This document shows positions 54,634 to 63,967 of a stretch of DNA of 64,000 bases, in pieces. The notes under the pieces are model-generated. The model was given only the letters and a program-made list of their open reading frames with translations, did not search any database and was not told the DNA's origin. How positions within the stretch are numbered: the first letter of the stretch is position 1; every line of letters begins with the position of its first letter. Origin of the DNA: Bacillota bacterium (GTDB lineage: Bacteria > Bacillota > JAAYKD01); NCBI GenBank assembly GCA_963666425.2, contig OY762825.2:1728001-1792000 (forward strand), in the 5' to 3' direction. The position numbers and the translations under genes were made by a program.

Positions 54634-56295
54634 ATGTTTGAACTTGATAAAGAAAAGCAGACACAAATTAATCAAATTTTACAGCTTGTTAAAATCGCCT
54701 CTTTGTGTTTTCCGTCGATCGCTTTCTTTCAGTATTATGCCAAAAGCAACGCCTCTGCCGTTTTTTTTACCTACAGTTTTTTGCTGGTTGCCGTCTTATT
54801 AACGATGCTCGGCATATATATGTTATTGTATTATATTCAGGATATCATGAGCGATGAATATAGGATCAAACCCTGGATCAGTCCGATGATCTCGCTGACC
54901 ATCGCATTTCTATCAGTAATCCTGACAGGTACTTATGAGAGCAGTTATAAATTCTTGTTTGTACTCGTGATTATTTTCACCAGCATCGAGTGCAATATGA
55001 GAATCAGCATCACCATTTCCAGCTTGTCGGCGTTGATCGTGCTCGTCACCGATTTGGTTTACGCTCCCGCCAATGGGGTCAATTCTTATTTTGAGAGCGA
55101 TTTGTTCTTGGCAAGCGTGTTTTTGATCATTTCCTGGACCATCAGCTTTTATGTTGATTTAGGCAAAAAGCATATTGAGAGCTTAGCGAATTTAGCCAAT
55201 ACAGACGGCTTAACCGGATTGAATAATCATCGTTTTTTTTATGACGCTCTGACGGAACAAGTGAAAAAGAGTAAAACCGAAGAAAGTGCGCTCTCTTTGC
55301 TTTTTATTGATATTGATGATTTTAAATATTACAATGATCTCTATGGTCATCAAAAAGGGGACCAGGTGATCAAAACATTGGCGCTGCTGATGAACAATAC
55401 ACTGCCAAAAAAAAGTATCATCGCACGCTATGGCGGTGAGGAATTTACGATTCTATTGCCCGGCAGCGGAGAAGAGCAGGCGCTGCAGGAAGCGGAAACG
55501 CTGCGACGGGTTGTGCATGAATATAGATTTGAGGGAGAAGAGAATTTGCCCGGGGGTACCTTGACCATCTCAATCGGGGTTTCTTCCCTGAGTCCTAAAA
55601 TTAAGTCCGAAGCCGATCTTTTAAAATGCGCCGATGATGCTTGTTACCGGGCGAAATTCCTGCGCAAGAACCGGGTAGAGTCTTACTACTCTATCCTGGA
55701 AGAACTGCAGAATGAAGTGGATGAATCCGATAAATCGATGATCGCATCGATCAAGACACTGATCGCCGTGATCAATGCCAAGGATAAATACACTTATCTG
55801 CATGTCGAAAAAGTGGTTTATTACTGCAGTCTGCTGGCGGATCAGCAAGGGATGAGCGAGACAGATAAGAAGAAATTTGTTTATGCTGCCTATTTGCATG
55901 ATATCGGGAAGATTAATATTCCGGAAGAAATTTTGATGAAGGTTGAAAAACTAACACCGGAAGAGTGGAATACACTGAAAAATCATCCGCAGAATGCAGC
56001 AGAGATCATTAAAAACATTGAGTCTTTGAAGACAGTGGTACCGATTATTCTGCAGCATCACGAAAAATTTGACGGAACAGGCTATCCCAACAAATTGAAG
56101 GGGGATGAAATTCATCCTTTAGCCAGACTGCTGACCGTGATTGACAGCTTCGATGCCATGACTTCTGTCAGACCGTATCAACTGAAAAAAACGTATGCTC
56201 AGGCAATTGAGGAACTGAAACGGTGCAGCGGAAGCCAGTTCGATCCGGATGCCGTTCAGCTTTTTGTACAGGTTGTCAAGAGTATAATTTCATAA
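54634..56295 (+). CDS. Membrane-anchored diguanylate cyclase (GGEEF) / HD-GYP phosphodiesterase
   Basis: About 6 N-terminal TM helices, DGLTGLNN, DIDDFK.YND.YGH..GD, RYGGEEF, LHDIGK, HHEKFDGTGYP, DSFDAMTS.RPY. Confidence 0.93.
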   Translation: MFELDKEKQTQINQILQLVKIASLCFPSIAFFQYYAKSNASAVFFTYSFLLVAVLLTMLGIYMLLYYIQDIMSDEYRIKPWISPMISLTIAFLSVILTGTYESSYKFLFVLVIIFTSIECNMRISITISSLSALIVLVTDLVYAPANGVNSYFESDLFLASVFLIISWTISFYVDLGKKHIESLANLANTDGLTGLNNHRFFYDALTEQVKKSKTEESALSLLFIDIDDFKYYNDLYGHQKGDQVIKTLALLMNNTLPKKSIIARYGGEEFTILLPGSGEEQALQEAETLRRVVHEYRFEGEENLPGGTLTISIGVSSLSPKIKSEADLLKCADDACYRAKFLRKNRVESYYSILEELQNEVDESDKSMIASIKTLIAVINAKDKYTYLHVEKVVYYCSLLADQQGMSETDKKKFVYAAYLHDIGKINIPEEILMKVEKLTPEEWNTLKNHPQNAAEIIKNIESLKTVVPIILQHHEKFDGTGYPNKLKGDEIHPLARLLTVIDSFDAMTSVRPYQLKKTYAQAIEELKRCSGSQFDPDAVQLFVQVVKSIIS

Positions 56296-56418
56296 AAACA
56301 AGAAAGCACTTTTGAATAACCGGCGATAGCCCTATTCGGAGGTGCTTTTCTGTAATTTCGACTTCCCTACCATAACGCTTGCCTGTGCCGAACGCTCCAT
56401 CGCTTACTTTCCCGGAAT

Positions 56419-56461
56419 TGTAACTAAGTTACTGAAGTCGATCAAGTAATGATGGTATACT
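56419..56461 (+). promoter_or_regulatory. Crp/Fnr-like box plus extended -10 upstream of cdr
   Basis: TGTAACTAAGTTACTGAA, 16 nt, then TGgTATACT. Confidence 0.6.
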
Positions 56462-56538
56462 AATTCCAAATGAAATGAGTGAAGAAATCATTTGTACGAA
56501 AAAGACTGCCGAAGCGCAGAAATCAAATGGAGGGCAAA

Positions 56539-58998
56539 ATGGCTGAAGAACAGAAAATACTGATTGTCGGTGGAGTGGCAGGCGGAGCAACAGCAGCTGC
56601 CAGACTGCGTCGGTTGGATGAAAAAGCAGAAATTATCCTATTTGAACGAGGGGAATATATTTCCTTTGCCAATTGCGGTTTACCTTACTATATCGGAGGA
56701 GAGATTAAAGAAAAATCGGCCCTGACATTGCAGACACCGGAGAGTTTCCATGCGCGTTTTGATGTGGATGTGCGCAGCGGGAACGAAGTAATTGCGATCG
56801 AACCGAAACTGAAGCAAGTGACCGTTTTAGATCATCATAACGGTATTACTTATACAGAAAGCTATGATAAGCTGATTCTATCGATGGGAGCAGAGGCAAT
56901 CAGACCGAATATCGAGGGCATCCGCTCCGATAAAGTGTTTACCCTGCGCTCGATTCCGGATACCTATCGAATCAAGGAATACATCGAACAGAAAAAACCT
57001 GGCAGCGTCGCAATTGTCGGCGGTGGCTTCATCGGCATCGAGATGGCGGAAAATTTGCAGCGGATGGGTTTGACGGTCACGTTAATTGATCTGGCAGACC
57101 AAGTCTTGGCGCCGATTGATTATGATATGGCAAGCGATGTTCATCGCCAGATGGAAAGCAAAGGCGTTCATTTAATGCTGGGCAATTCCGTCCGTTCCAT
57201 TATGGATTTAGGCAATACCTTGAAGCTTGCTTTAAACAGCGGTGAATTGTCTGCCGACATGCTGATCATGGCAATTGGCGTCCGCCCGGAAACGAAAATT
57301 GCGAAAGAAGCCGGCATCACCGTCAATGAGCGCGGCGCTATTTTGGTTGATCAGCGCATGCTGACCAATCTTCCGGATATTTATGCGGTTGGCGATGCGG
57401 TGGCGATTACCGATTTTATCACGGGTGAGCAAGGGTATGTGGCTTTGGCGGGACCTGCCAATAAGCAGGGTAGGATCGCAGCGGATCAAATTTGTGGCAT
57501 AGACAGTCAATATGGCGGCACGCAGGGCTCTGCCATTCTGAAAGTGTTTGATTTAACGGTCGCTTCCAGCGGCATCAATGAAAAAACAGCAAAAAAATTA
57601 GGACTCAATTACGATAAATCCTTTACCTATTCCGCCAATCATGCGGGCTATTATCCCGGTGCTGTTAATATGTCGATCAAAACAATTTTCGAAAAAACCA
57701 CCGGTAAAATCCTGGGCGTGCAAATTGTTGGTTATGATGGCTCTGATAAACGCTGTGATGTCTTTGCAACGGCGATTCGTGCCGGCATGACAGCCACCGA
57801 TTTGACCCGCTTGGAATTATGTTATGCGCCGCCCTTCAGTTCAGCCAAAGATCCGGTCAATATGGCCGGTTACGTGATTGAAAATCTCTTAACAGGAAAA
57901 GTGAAGAATTTCCATTGGCATGATGTGGAGGGGTTGCCGCGTGATGGCAGCGTCACTTTGCTCGATGTGCGTACGGCGATTGAATATGAAAATGGCCATA
58001 TGGAAGGATTCGTTAACCTGCCGCTGGATGATTTGAGAATGCATTTGGATGAATTGAACCGCAGCAAGCCGATTTATCTGACTTGTCAAATTGGACTGCG
58101 TGGTTATATTGCAGCCAGAATTCTCTCACAAAATGGTTTTGATGTCTATAATCTCAGCGGCGGCTATCGCCTCTACCATTCGATTTTTGGTACGCATCCG
58201 CCAGTACCATCCATTCAGGGTTTTAATGCAGATACTCAACGTGCAGATGAACCGAAAAGTGAAAGAAAAATTAAGCAAACGATTCAATTGGATGCCTGCG
58301 GCTTGCAGTGCCCCGGACCGATTGTGAAACTGTCCAATGCCTTAAGCGAAGCAAGTGAAGGTGATCTGATCGAAATATCAACCACCGATCCGGCTTTTAC
58401 CAGTGACTTGGAAGGTTTCTGCCGCCGGACAGGTAATATTTTACTGGAATCTACCAGTAATAAAGGAATCAATATTGCGCAGGTTCAGAAAGGCAGCAAG
58501 CCACTGCAAACAGGAACAGCGGCTGCCAAAGACGGCAAGAATATCATCGTCTTTTCCGGCGATTTGGATAAGGCGATTGCCAGTTTTATTATCGCCAATG
58601 CCGCCGCAGCCATGGGGCGCAAAGTGAGCATGTTCTTCACTTTTTGGGGATTAAACATTCTGCGCAAGCCGGAGAAAGTGAATGTGAAAAAGGATTTCAT
58701 TTCCACGATGTTCGGCATGATGATGCCGCGCGGTGCGCGGAATCTCACAATTTCCAAGATGAATATGGGCGGTATGGGCGCGAAAATGATCCGTTACGTG
58801 ATGAAATCAAAAAATATCGCCAGTTTGGAAGACTTGATCAAAATGGCGCAAGCCAACGGTGTTGAATTGATTGCCTGCTCCATGAGTATGGATGTCATGG
58901 GCATTCGGATAGAAGAATTAATGGATGGTGTGAAAATTTCCGGGGCTGCGGCGATGCTGGCCAATGCGGAAGAATCTGATATGTCACTTTTCATTTAG
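56539..58998 (+). CDS. cdr: CoA-disulfide reductase - rhodanese - TusA/SirA - DsrE fusion (persulfide reductase-like)
   Basis: GGVAGG, SFANCGLPY, GGGFIG, YAPPFS, rhodanese CQIGLRG, TusA DACGLQCPGP, DsrE FFTFWGL/ACSMSM. Confidence 0.88.
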   Translation: MAEEQKILIVGGVAGGATAAARLRRLDEKAEIILFERGEYISFANCGLPYYIGGEIKEKSALTLQTPESFHARFDVDVRSGNEVIAIEPKLKQVTVLDHHNGITYTESYDKLILSMGAEAIRPNIEGIRSDKVFTLRSIPDTYRIKEYIEQKKPGSVAIVGGGFIGIEMAENLQRMGLTVTLIDLADQVLAPIDYDMASDVHRQMESKGVHLMLGNSVRSIMDLGNTLKLALNSGELSADMLIMAIGVRPETKIAKEAGITVNERGAILVDQRMLTNLPDIYAVGDAVAITDFITGEQGYVALAGPANKQGRIAADQICGIDSQYGGTQGSAILKVFDLTVASSGINEKTAKKLGLNYDKSFTYSANHAGYYPGAVNMSIKTIFEKTTGKILGVQIVGYDGSDKRCDVFATAIRAGMTATDLTRLELCYAPPFSSAKDPVNMAGYVIENLLTGKVKNFHWHDVEGLPRDGSVTLLDVRTAIEYENGHMEGFVNLPLDDLRMHLDELNRSKPIYLTCQIGLRGYIAARILSQNGFDVYNLSGGYRLYHSIFGTHPPVPSIQGFNADTQRADEPKSERKIKQTIQLDACGLQCPGPIVKLSNALSEASEGDLIEISTTDPAFTSDLEGFCRRTGNILLESTSNKGINIAQVQKGSKPLQTGTAAAKDGKNIIVFSGDLDKAIASFIIANAAAAMGRKVSMFFTFWGLNILRKPEKVNVKKDFISTMFGMMMPRGARNLTISKMNMGGMGAKMIRYVMKSKNIASLEDLIKMAQANGVELIACSMSMDVMGIRIEELMDGVKISGAAAMLANAEESDMSLFI

Positions 58999-59003
58999 TT
59001 AAT

Positions 59004-59042
59004 AAAAAAAGCTGAGAACCGAAAACGGTTCCCAGCTTTTTT
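59004..59042. terminator. Bidirectional terminator
   Basis: AAAAAAAGCTGAGAACCG-AAAA-CGGTTCCCAGCTTTTTT. Confidence 0.8.
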
Positions 59043-59079
59043 CATGTGCGCCTGACTTATTTCTCAGCAGTCGCTTGGA

Positions 59080-59664
59080 TTATTCGGTGACGAGGCAGGA
59101 TTGATTGCGTAATCCATTTTGGCTGCCGTTCATCACGCCAGTGCCGTTCATCACGCCAGTGCCGTTCATCACGCCAGTGCCATTCATCACGCCAGTGCCA
59201 TTCATCACGCCAGTGCCGTTCTTTTGTCCGCTGCCGTTCATCATGCCAGTGCCGTTCTTTTGTCCGCTGCCGTTCATCACGCCAGTGCCGTTCATCACGC
59301 CGCTGCCGCTGCCGAAACCAGTGCCGGTGCAGTTGGCTTCGTTTTGCTGCCAGGCTGCCAGAATAGTATCCGCTTCGCTTTGCGTCATTTTACCGGCGGC
59401 TACTTGCGCTGCCAATTGATCCTGTTTGATGGCAAACAGTTCGGTTTTGAATTCCGTTAACAGACCGGCTTCAGAAGCGATGCTGCCATAGCTGGATCCG
59501 GTTTCGAATTTTTCCGCTGTGATACTTTCCAGTGTTCTTCCGGTCAGGCCGGACACGGCTTCCGCCGGAGTTTGATAAGTGGAAGCAGCATAAACGCTGA
59601 GCGAACCGGCGCTAATGGTTAATACCATTGCGGTAAGGGCGAGGATTTTTTTGAATTTTGTCAT
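59080..59664 (-). CDS. Secreted DUF2680-like protein with a Gly/Met hexapeptide repeat tail
   Basis: Signal peptide, TPAEAVSGLTG, VAAGKMTQSEAD, C-terminal (GTGVMN)n. Start at ATG 59664 with AGGAGG RBS. Confidence 0.75.
   Translation of the reverse strand: MTKFKKILALTAMVLTISAGSLSVYAASTYQTPAEAVSGLTGRTLESITAEKFETGSSYGSIASEAGLLTEFKTELFAIKQDQLAAQVAAGKMTQSEADTILAAWQQNEANCTGTGFGSGSGVMNGTGVMNGSGQKNGTGMMNGSGQKNGTGVMNGTGVMNGTGVMNGTGVMNGTGVMNGSQNGLRNQSCLVTE
59128..59307 (-). repeat. Ten in-frame 18-bp tandem repeats
   Basis: Unit GGCACTGGCGTGATGAAC, with GSGQKN/GTGMMN/GSGVMN variants. Confidence 0.95.
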
Positions 59665-59715
59665 TTGAAATGACCTCCTTTTTATTTTGTGGCTGTATTT
59701 CTTTGCCATGATCAG

Positions 59716-59817
59716 ATCATACCCGAAAGCTGTGGCGAAAATATGTTTTATTTTTTCTTTCTTTATGCTGATCGATGAATAAAATGACATGATTTTGCCA
59801 CAAAAGCTTGCTAAAAT
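59716..59817. promoter_or_regulatory. Divergent promoters sharing a conserved 16-bp box
   Basis: Minus strand: ACATATTTTCGCCACA-N9-TATGAT. Plus strand: ACATGATTTTGCCACA-N9-TAAAAT. Confidence 0.6.
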
Positions 59818-59856
59818 ATGATATGATAGTAAAAACAATTAGAAGAGGTGATAAGA

Positions 59857-60552
59857 ATGCCGAACGTTTTAATTGCAGATGATAACCAACAAATCGCTTC
59901 CATTTTAGAAGAATATGCTAAAAAGGAAGGACTGACTACTAAAATTGCATCAAACGGCTTAGAAGCGGTTGAACTGTTTACAAAATTCAAACCAGATTTG
60001 ATCCTGCTTGATGTCATGATGCCAAAGATGGATGGATTTGAAGTCTGCCGTGAAATTCGGAAAACTTCTAATGTACCGATCATCATGATCACAGCCAGGG
60101 GAGAAGATTTTGAACGCATCATGGGTCTGGATATCGGCGCCGATGATTATATTGTGAAACCGTTTTCTCCGGCAGAAGTGATGGCGCGGGTGCGTGCTGT
60201 TTTACGGCGTATTAGCCATGCAGAAGGACAAAAATACCAGGTTTTTTCCTTTGATAATCTGATTATCAATCTGGATGACTATTTGGTACAAGTGGATCAG
60301 CAACCAGTCTCATTAACAAAAAAGGAAATTGAAATTCTCTGGACGCTGGCAACGAGTAAAGGGAAGGTCTTCTCGCGCGATAATTTGCTTAATAGTGTCT
60401 GGGGATATGATTATTTTGGCGACAGTCGGACGGTTGACTCCCATATCAAGCGGCTGCGTGCGAAATTGGATCGTTTTGAACATCCTCATTGGGAGATCAG
60501 TACGATTTGGGGTGTTGGTTATAAGTTTGAGGAAGTAAAAAATGAAGAATAA
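59857..60552 (+). CDS. OmpR/PhoB-family response regulator
   Basis: IADD, LLDVMMP, GADDYIVKPF, RTVDSHIKRLR, WGVGYKF. Confidence 0.95.
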   Translation: MPNVLIADDNQQIASILEEYAKKEGLTTKIASNGLEAVELFTKFKPDLILLDVMMPKMDGFEVCREIRKTSNVPIIMITARGEDFERIMGLDIGADDYIVKPFSPAEVMARVRAVLRRISHAEGQKYQVFSFDNLIINLDDYLVQVDQQPVSLTKKEIEILWTLATSKGKVFSRDNLLNSVWGYDYFGDSRTVDSHIKRLRAKLDRFEHPHWEISTIWGVGYKFEEVKNEE

Positions 60553-61981
60553 AATCGCCTGGAAACTTACCTTTTATTTTTCTGTTGTGCTGCTTTTATT
60601 TTCGCTGATCATCGGCAGCGTTTTTACCGTCTTGTTCCGCAGTTATACCATTAACCTGCAAAAAGACGAATTGGCCTCGCGCGCGGTGACCATGGCATCC
60701 GCTTTAGCGAAAAGTACCGCTGATCAAGCTGCCGGATCCGGCATGGGCAAGCAGCAAAGCGGTTATGGCTTTTACCTGCGGTTTTTGAATGAAATTGCCA
60801 TGACGGATGCCTGGGTTGTCGACGAAAATTTGCAGCTGATCACCGGTAATCAAGTGGCCGCTGCCACCTATCAGTATGCCGATTTACCGTCCAATGCAGC
60901 AGCGGTAGTGAAGGAAGTTTTTTTGGGCAACACTACCTTTAGTGAAGGATTCAGTTCACTGCTCAATACGCCGACACTGACCGTCGGGACGCCAATTCAG
61001 TCAAACGGGGAAATTATCGGAGCGCTTCTGCTGCACTCACCGGTGGAAGGCATCAATGAAGCAATTACACAAGGGTATCAAATCATGGCGGTCAGTATGC
61101 TGGCAGCGCTCGTTTTGTCTGGTTTTTTGTCGATCATTTTGGCAGTCACTTTCAGCAAACCCTTGCAAAAAATGAAACAAGTTGCAATGCAATTGGCTGC
61201 CGGAGATTACAGTATAAAAACCGAAATCCAGCAGAAAGATGAAATCGGCGACTTGGCTTCCTCTATCGATGTCCTGAGCCAGCGCCTGGAAACCGCCAGT
61301 CATGAGAGTGAGCATTTGAATCAATTGCGCCGGGATTTTATTGCCAACATATCCCATGAGCTGCGCACACCAATTACCGTGATTCGTGGTTCTTTGGAAG
61401 CATTATGTGATGAAGTGATTACCGAGCCGGAACAAGTGAAGGCTTATCATCAACAAATGTGGAAGGAAAGCATCTTTTTACAGCGTTTGGTCAACGATTT
61501 ATTGGATTTGTCTCGTTTACAAAACACCGATTTTCAAATTGATTTGCAGGAAGTCAGTTTGTGTGAAGTATTGGAAGATGCGGTTCGCAGCGCCAGGCAG
61601 ATGGCGCAGGTAAAACAAATTCAGATCGAGATGGAAATCAAATCTGAACTTTGTGTCATCCAGGGCGATTATGGACGTCTGCGCCAAATGTTTCTGATCA
61701 TCCTGGATAATGCGGTTAAATTTTCACCCGTGCAGGGCAGTGTGAAGGTATTACTGCAGGATCATGTCGTTTCCATCCGGGATCAGGGGATTGGCATTGC
61801 CGAAGAGGAGCTGCCTTATATTTTTGAACGATTTTATCAAATTCCATCCGAAGAAAATAAGAGCGGTACAGGCCTTGGCCTGGCGATCGCAAAGCAAATT
61901 GCGGAACGACATGCGATCACTTTGTCGGTTGAGAGCAAAATCGCCGTTGGTACTGAGTTTCGATTTATCCTGAAACCATAA
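60542..61981 (+). CDS. HAMP-domain sensor histidine kinase
   Basis: Two TM helices, HAMP (DEIGDL), SHELRTP, NAVKFS, DQGIGI, GTGLGLAI. Confidence 0.95.
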   Translation: MKNKIAWKLTFYFSVVLLLFSLIIGSVFTVLFRSYTINLQKDELASRAVTMASALAKSTADQAAGSGMGKQQSGYGFYLRFLNEIAMTDAWVVDENLQLITGNQVAAATYQYADLPSNAAAVVKEVFLGNTTFSEGFSSLLNTPTLTVGTPIQSNGEIIGALLLHSPVEGINEAITQGYQIMAVSMLAALVLSGFLSIILAVTFSKPLQKMKQVAMQLAAGDYSIKTEIQQKDEIGDLASSIDVLSQRLETASHESEHLNQLRRDFIANISHELRTPITVIRGSLEALCDEVITEPEQVKAYHQQMWKESIFLQRLVNDLLDLSRLQNTDFQIDLQEVSLCEVLEDAVRSARQMAQVKQIQIEMEIKSELCVIQGDYGRLRQMFLIILDNAVKFSPVQGSVKVLLQDHVVSIRDQGIGIAEEELPYIFERFYQIPSEENKSGTGLGLAIAKQIAERHAITLSVESKIAVGTEFRFILKP

Positions 61982-62073
61982 CAGGTTGCCTGGATAGAGT
62001 AATAGTATTTGCCAATTTCCACCGATTGATGTAAGATAGAGACATGGGCTCGGTATGGAAGGAGGTCAATCGA

Positions 62074-62751
62074 TTGCTTGAAACTGAAAAGCTTACTTTA
62101 CTGCAGCAGTATTTTCCTGCTTGGCCGCATCTGTCTGCAACAGAACAACAAGAAATGCTGAAAAACTGCATGCAAATGAATTATCAAAAAGGTGTTACTG
62201 TACATAGTGCTGAGAATAATTGTGTTGGCGTGCTGTTGATTATAAAAGGAAGGCTGCGAACTTACATGCTTTCCGAAGAGGGCAAGGAGATCACCCTTTA
62301 TCGCCTGCAGCAAGGGAATATTTGTATTCTGTCCGCCTCCTGTGTACTTTCAGCCATCACTTTTGATGTGCAGATCGAGGCGGAAGAAGACAGCGATGTC
62401 TTGCTGATCGGTGCTCCTTTTTTTGCTCAATTGGCCGAGCACAATATTTATGTGGAGTGCTTTTCTTATAAAGTGGCAACAGAGCGCTTTTCTGATGTGA
62501 TGTGGGCAATGCAGCAAATTCTTTTTATGAGCATGGATAAGCGCTTGGCGGTTTTTTTGTGGGATGAGCTTTCTAAAACTGAAGGGGATGTAGTGCACCT
62601 TACGCATGAACAAACAGCGAAATACATGGGCAGCGCCCGTGAGGTTGTGACTCGGATGCTGAAATATTTCTCCGCGGATGGAATCGTTGAGCTTTCGCGA
62701 GGCGGTATTAGAATTCTCGATCGAGAGAAACTGCGACGGCTTACCCAGTAA
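62074..62751 (+). CDS. Crp/Fnr-family transcriptional regulator
   Basis: GKEITLYRL..G.ICILSASC, HTH THEQTAKYMGSAREVVTRML. TTG start after AAGGAGG. Confidence 0.9.
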   Translation: MLETEKLTLLQQYFPAWPHLSATEQQEMLKNCMQMNYQKGVTVHSAENNCVGVLLIIKGRLRTYMLSEEGKEITLYRLQQGNICILSASCVLSAITFDVQIEAEEDSDVLLIGAPFFAQLAEHNIYVECFSYKVATERFSDVMWAMQQILFMSMDKRLAVFLWDELSKTEGDVVHLTHEQTAKYMGSAREVVTRMLKYFSADGIVELSRGGIRILDREKLRRLTQ

Positions 62752-62767
62752 GTGTGAGATAAAAAAG

Positions 62768-62799
62768 GCGGCAGATCGATTACGATCTGCCGCGGTTTT
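62768..62799. terminator. Terminator hairpin between convergent genes
   Basis: GCGGCAGATCG-ATTA-CGATCTGCCGC flanked by A and T runs. Confidence 0.75.
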
Positions 62800-62805
62800 A
62801 ACTTG

Positions 62806-63117
62806 TTATACTTTCAGCATTCTGACAATGTCTGCCTTGGGTCTGACCCCGATGGCAGTTTGCGCGAGCTTGCCGTTTTTAAAAACGAGCAGAGTCGGGA
62901 TGCTCATGATATTGAATCTACCCGACAGTTCTTGCTGTTCGTCTACATTGACTTTTCCTACTTTGATATTGGGCATTTCCTGCGCGATTTGATCAACAAT
63001 GGGGGAAACCATACGGCAGGGACCGCACCAGGAAGCCCAGAAATCGAGCAGTACCGGTTTATCGGACTTCAGGACTTCTGTTTCGAAATTTTCTTTTGTA
63101 ATTGTAATGATGGACAT
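62806..63117 (-). CDS. trxA: Thioredoxin
   Basis: DFWASWCGPC, IMSIPTL. Start at ATG 63117. Confidence 0.95.
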   Translation of the reverse strand: MSIITITKENFETEVLKSDKPVLLDFWASWCGPCRMVSPIVDQIAQEMPNIKVGKVNVDEQQELSGRFNIMSIPTLLVFKNGKLAQTAIGVRPKADIVRMLKV

Positions 63118-63162
63118 TAAATTCGCTCCTTTGATTTTGATATTGCTATCAGTTATGATTTG

Positions 63163-63203
63163 ATTATAGCACACGATCAGTGAATTTCAGTGAGTTAGTC
63201 ACA
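63163..63203 (-). promoter_or_regulatory. Crp/Fnr-like box plus extended -10 upstream of trxA
   Basis: TGTGACTAACTCACTGAA, 14 nt, then TGcTATAAT. Confidence 0.6.
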
Positions 63204-63358
63204 AAATAATTTATTTTTTACCGCAGAAGTCTGCCTACTAAAGAAAGCAAAAAGGAACGGATATCGGACTGTCAGCGGTGAAAATAGATAGGGTGTTTTT
63301 AGACTTGACGTTTATGAATTTTGTGTTAAGATACAGGCTATGAAAGAGGTGGAAATCC

Positions 63359-63967
63359 ATGCAGATTATTGTGATTGGCTGTGGAAAAGTCGGGTCTTCC
63401 CTGGCTGCTCAGTTGATTCAACAAGGTCACGATGTGGTAATTCTGGAAAACGACAGTGAACTGATGCAGCTTGCTGATGATTTGAATTGTGTTAAAATTA
63501 TCGGTATTCCTTTTGATCAGGATATCATGAAGCAGGCGGGTGCCGAAACAGCGGATGTGGTTTGTGCAGTATCCCAAAACGATAATGTGAATATTATGTC
63601 AGCTCAAGTAGCACAACAGGTATTCGATGTCAAGAAAATCATCACACGCGTTTACGATCCCAATTTAAAGGTCATCTGTGAGCAATTCGGGCTCGATACC
63701 ATCTGTTCGACGGATTTGACAGTTCAGGCGTTGATTCGTGACATAGCCAATGAAACCGAGATTGTTTCTCAGAAGATTTTTAATACGAGGGTTATTTATA
63801 CGACGACTCCCATCGATGAATCTCTGGTCGGGGAAGAGATCACCAACCTCAGCAGCGATACAGGCAAATTGATTTTTGGTATCCTGCGTGACGGGAAAGT
63901 GATTCTGGCAGTCTCGGGTGTTAAAATAGAAGCCGGCGATCAGATGCTTTTAGCCAATCTTGAATAA
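63359..63967 (+). CDS. trkA: TrkA/KtrA-family K+ uptake regulatory (RCK) protein
   Basis: IVIGCGKVG, AGAETAD, DNVN, ITRVYDP. Promoter TTGACG-N17-TAAGAT upstream. Confidence 0.85.
   Translation: MQIIVIGCGKVGSSLAAQLIQQGHDVVILENDSELMQLADDLNCVKIIGIPFDQDIMKQAGAETADVVCAVSQNDNVNIMSAQVAQQVFDVKKIITRVYDPNLKVICEQFGLDTICSTDLTVQALIRDIANETEIVSQKIFNTRVIYTTTPIDESLVGEEITNLSSDTGKLIFGILRDGKVILAVSGVKIEAGDQMLLANLE

Noticed and set aside
59105-59460. His-rich (HHASAV)n and (PFITPV)n plus-strand ORFs
   Set aside because: Antisense readings of the 18-bp repeat inside the minus-strand gene, which has the RBS and signal peptide.
59857-61981. Two-component system as the AgrC/AgrA for the agrBD locus
   Set aside because: It is an OmpR winged-helix regulator with a 2-TM HAMP kinase, not a LytTR regulator with a polytopic AgrC-type kinase.
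63204-63358. c-di-AMP (ydaO) riboswitch upstream of trkA
   Set aside because: No GCTGAATCC/GGGGGAACC-type consensus, and a sigma-A promoter sits too close to the start codon to leave room for one.
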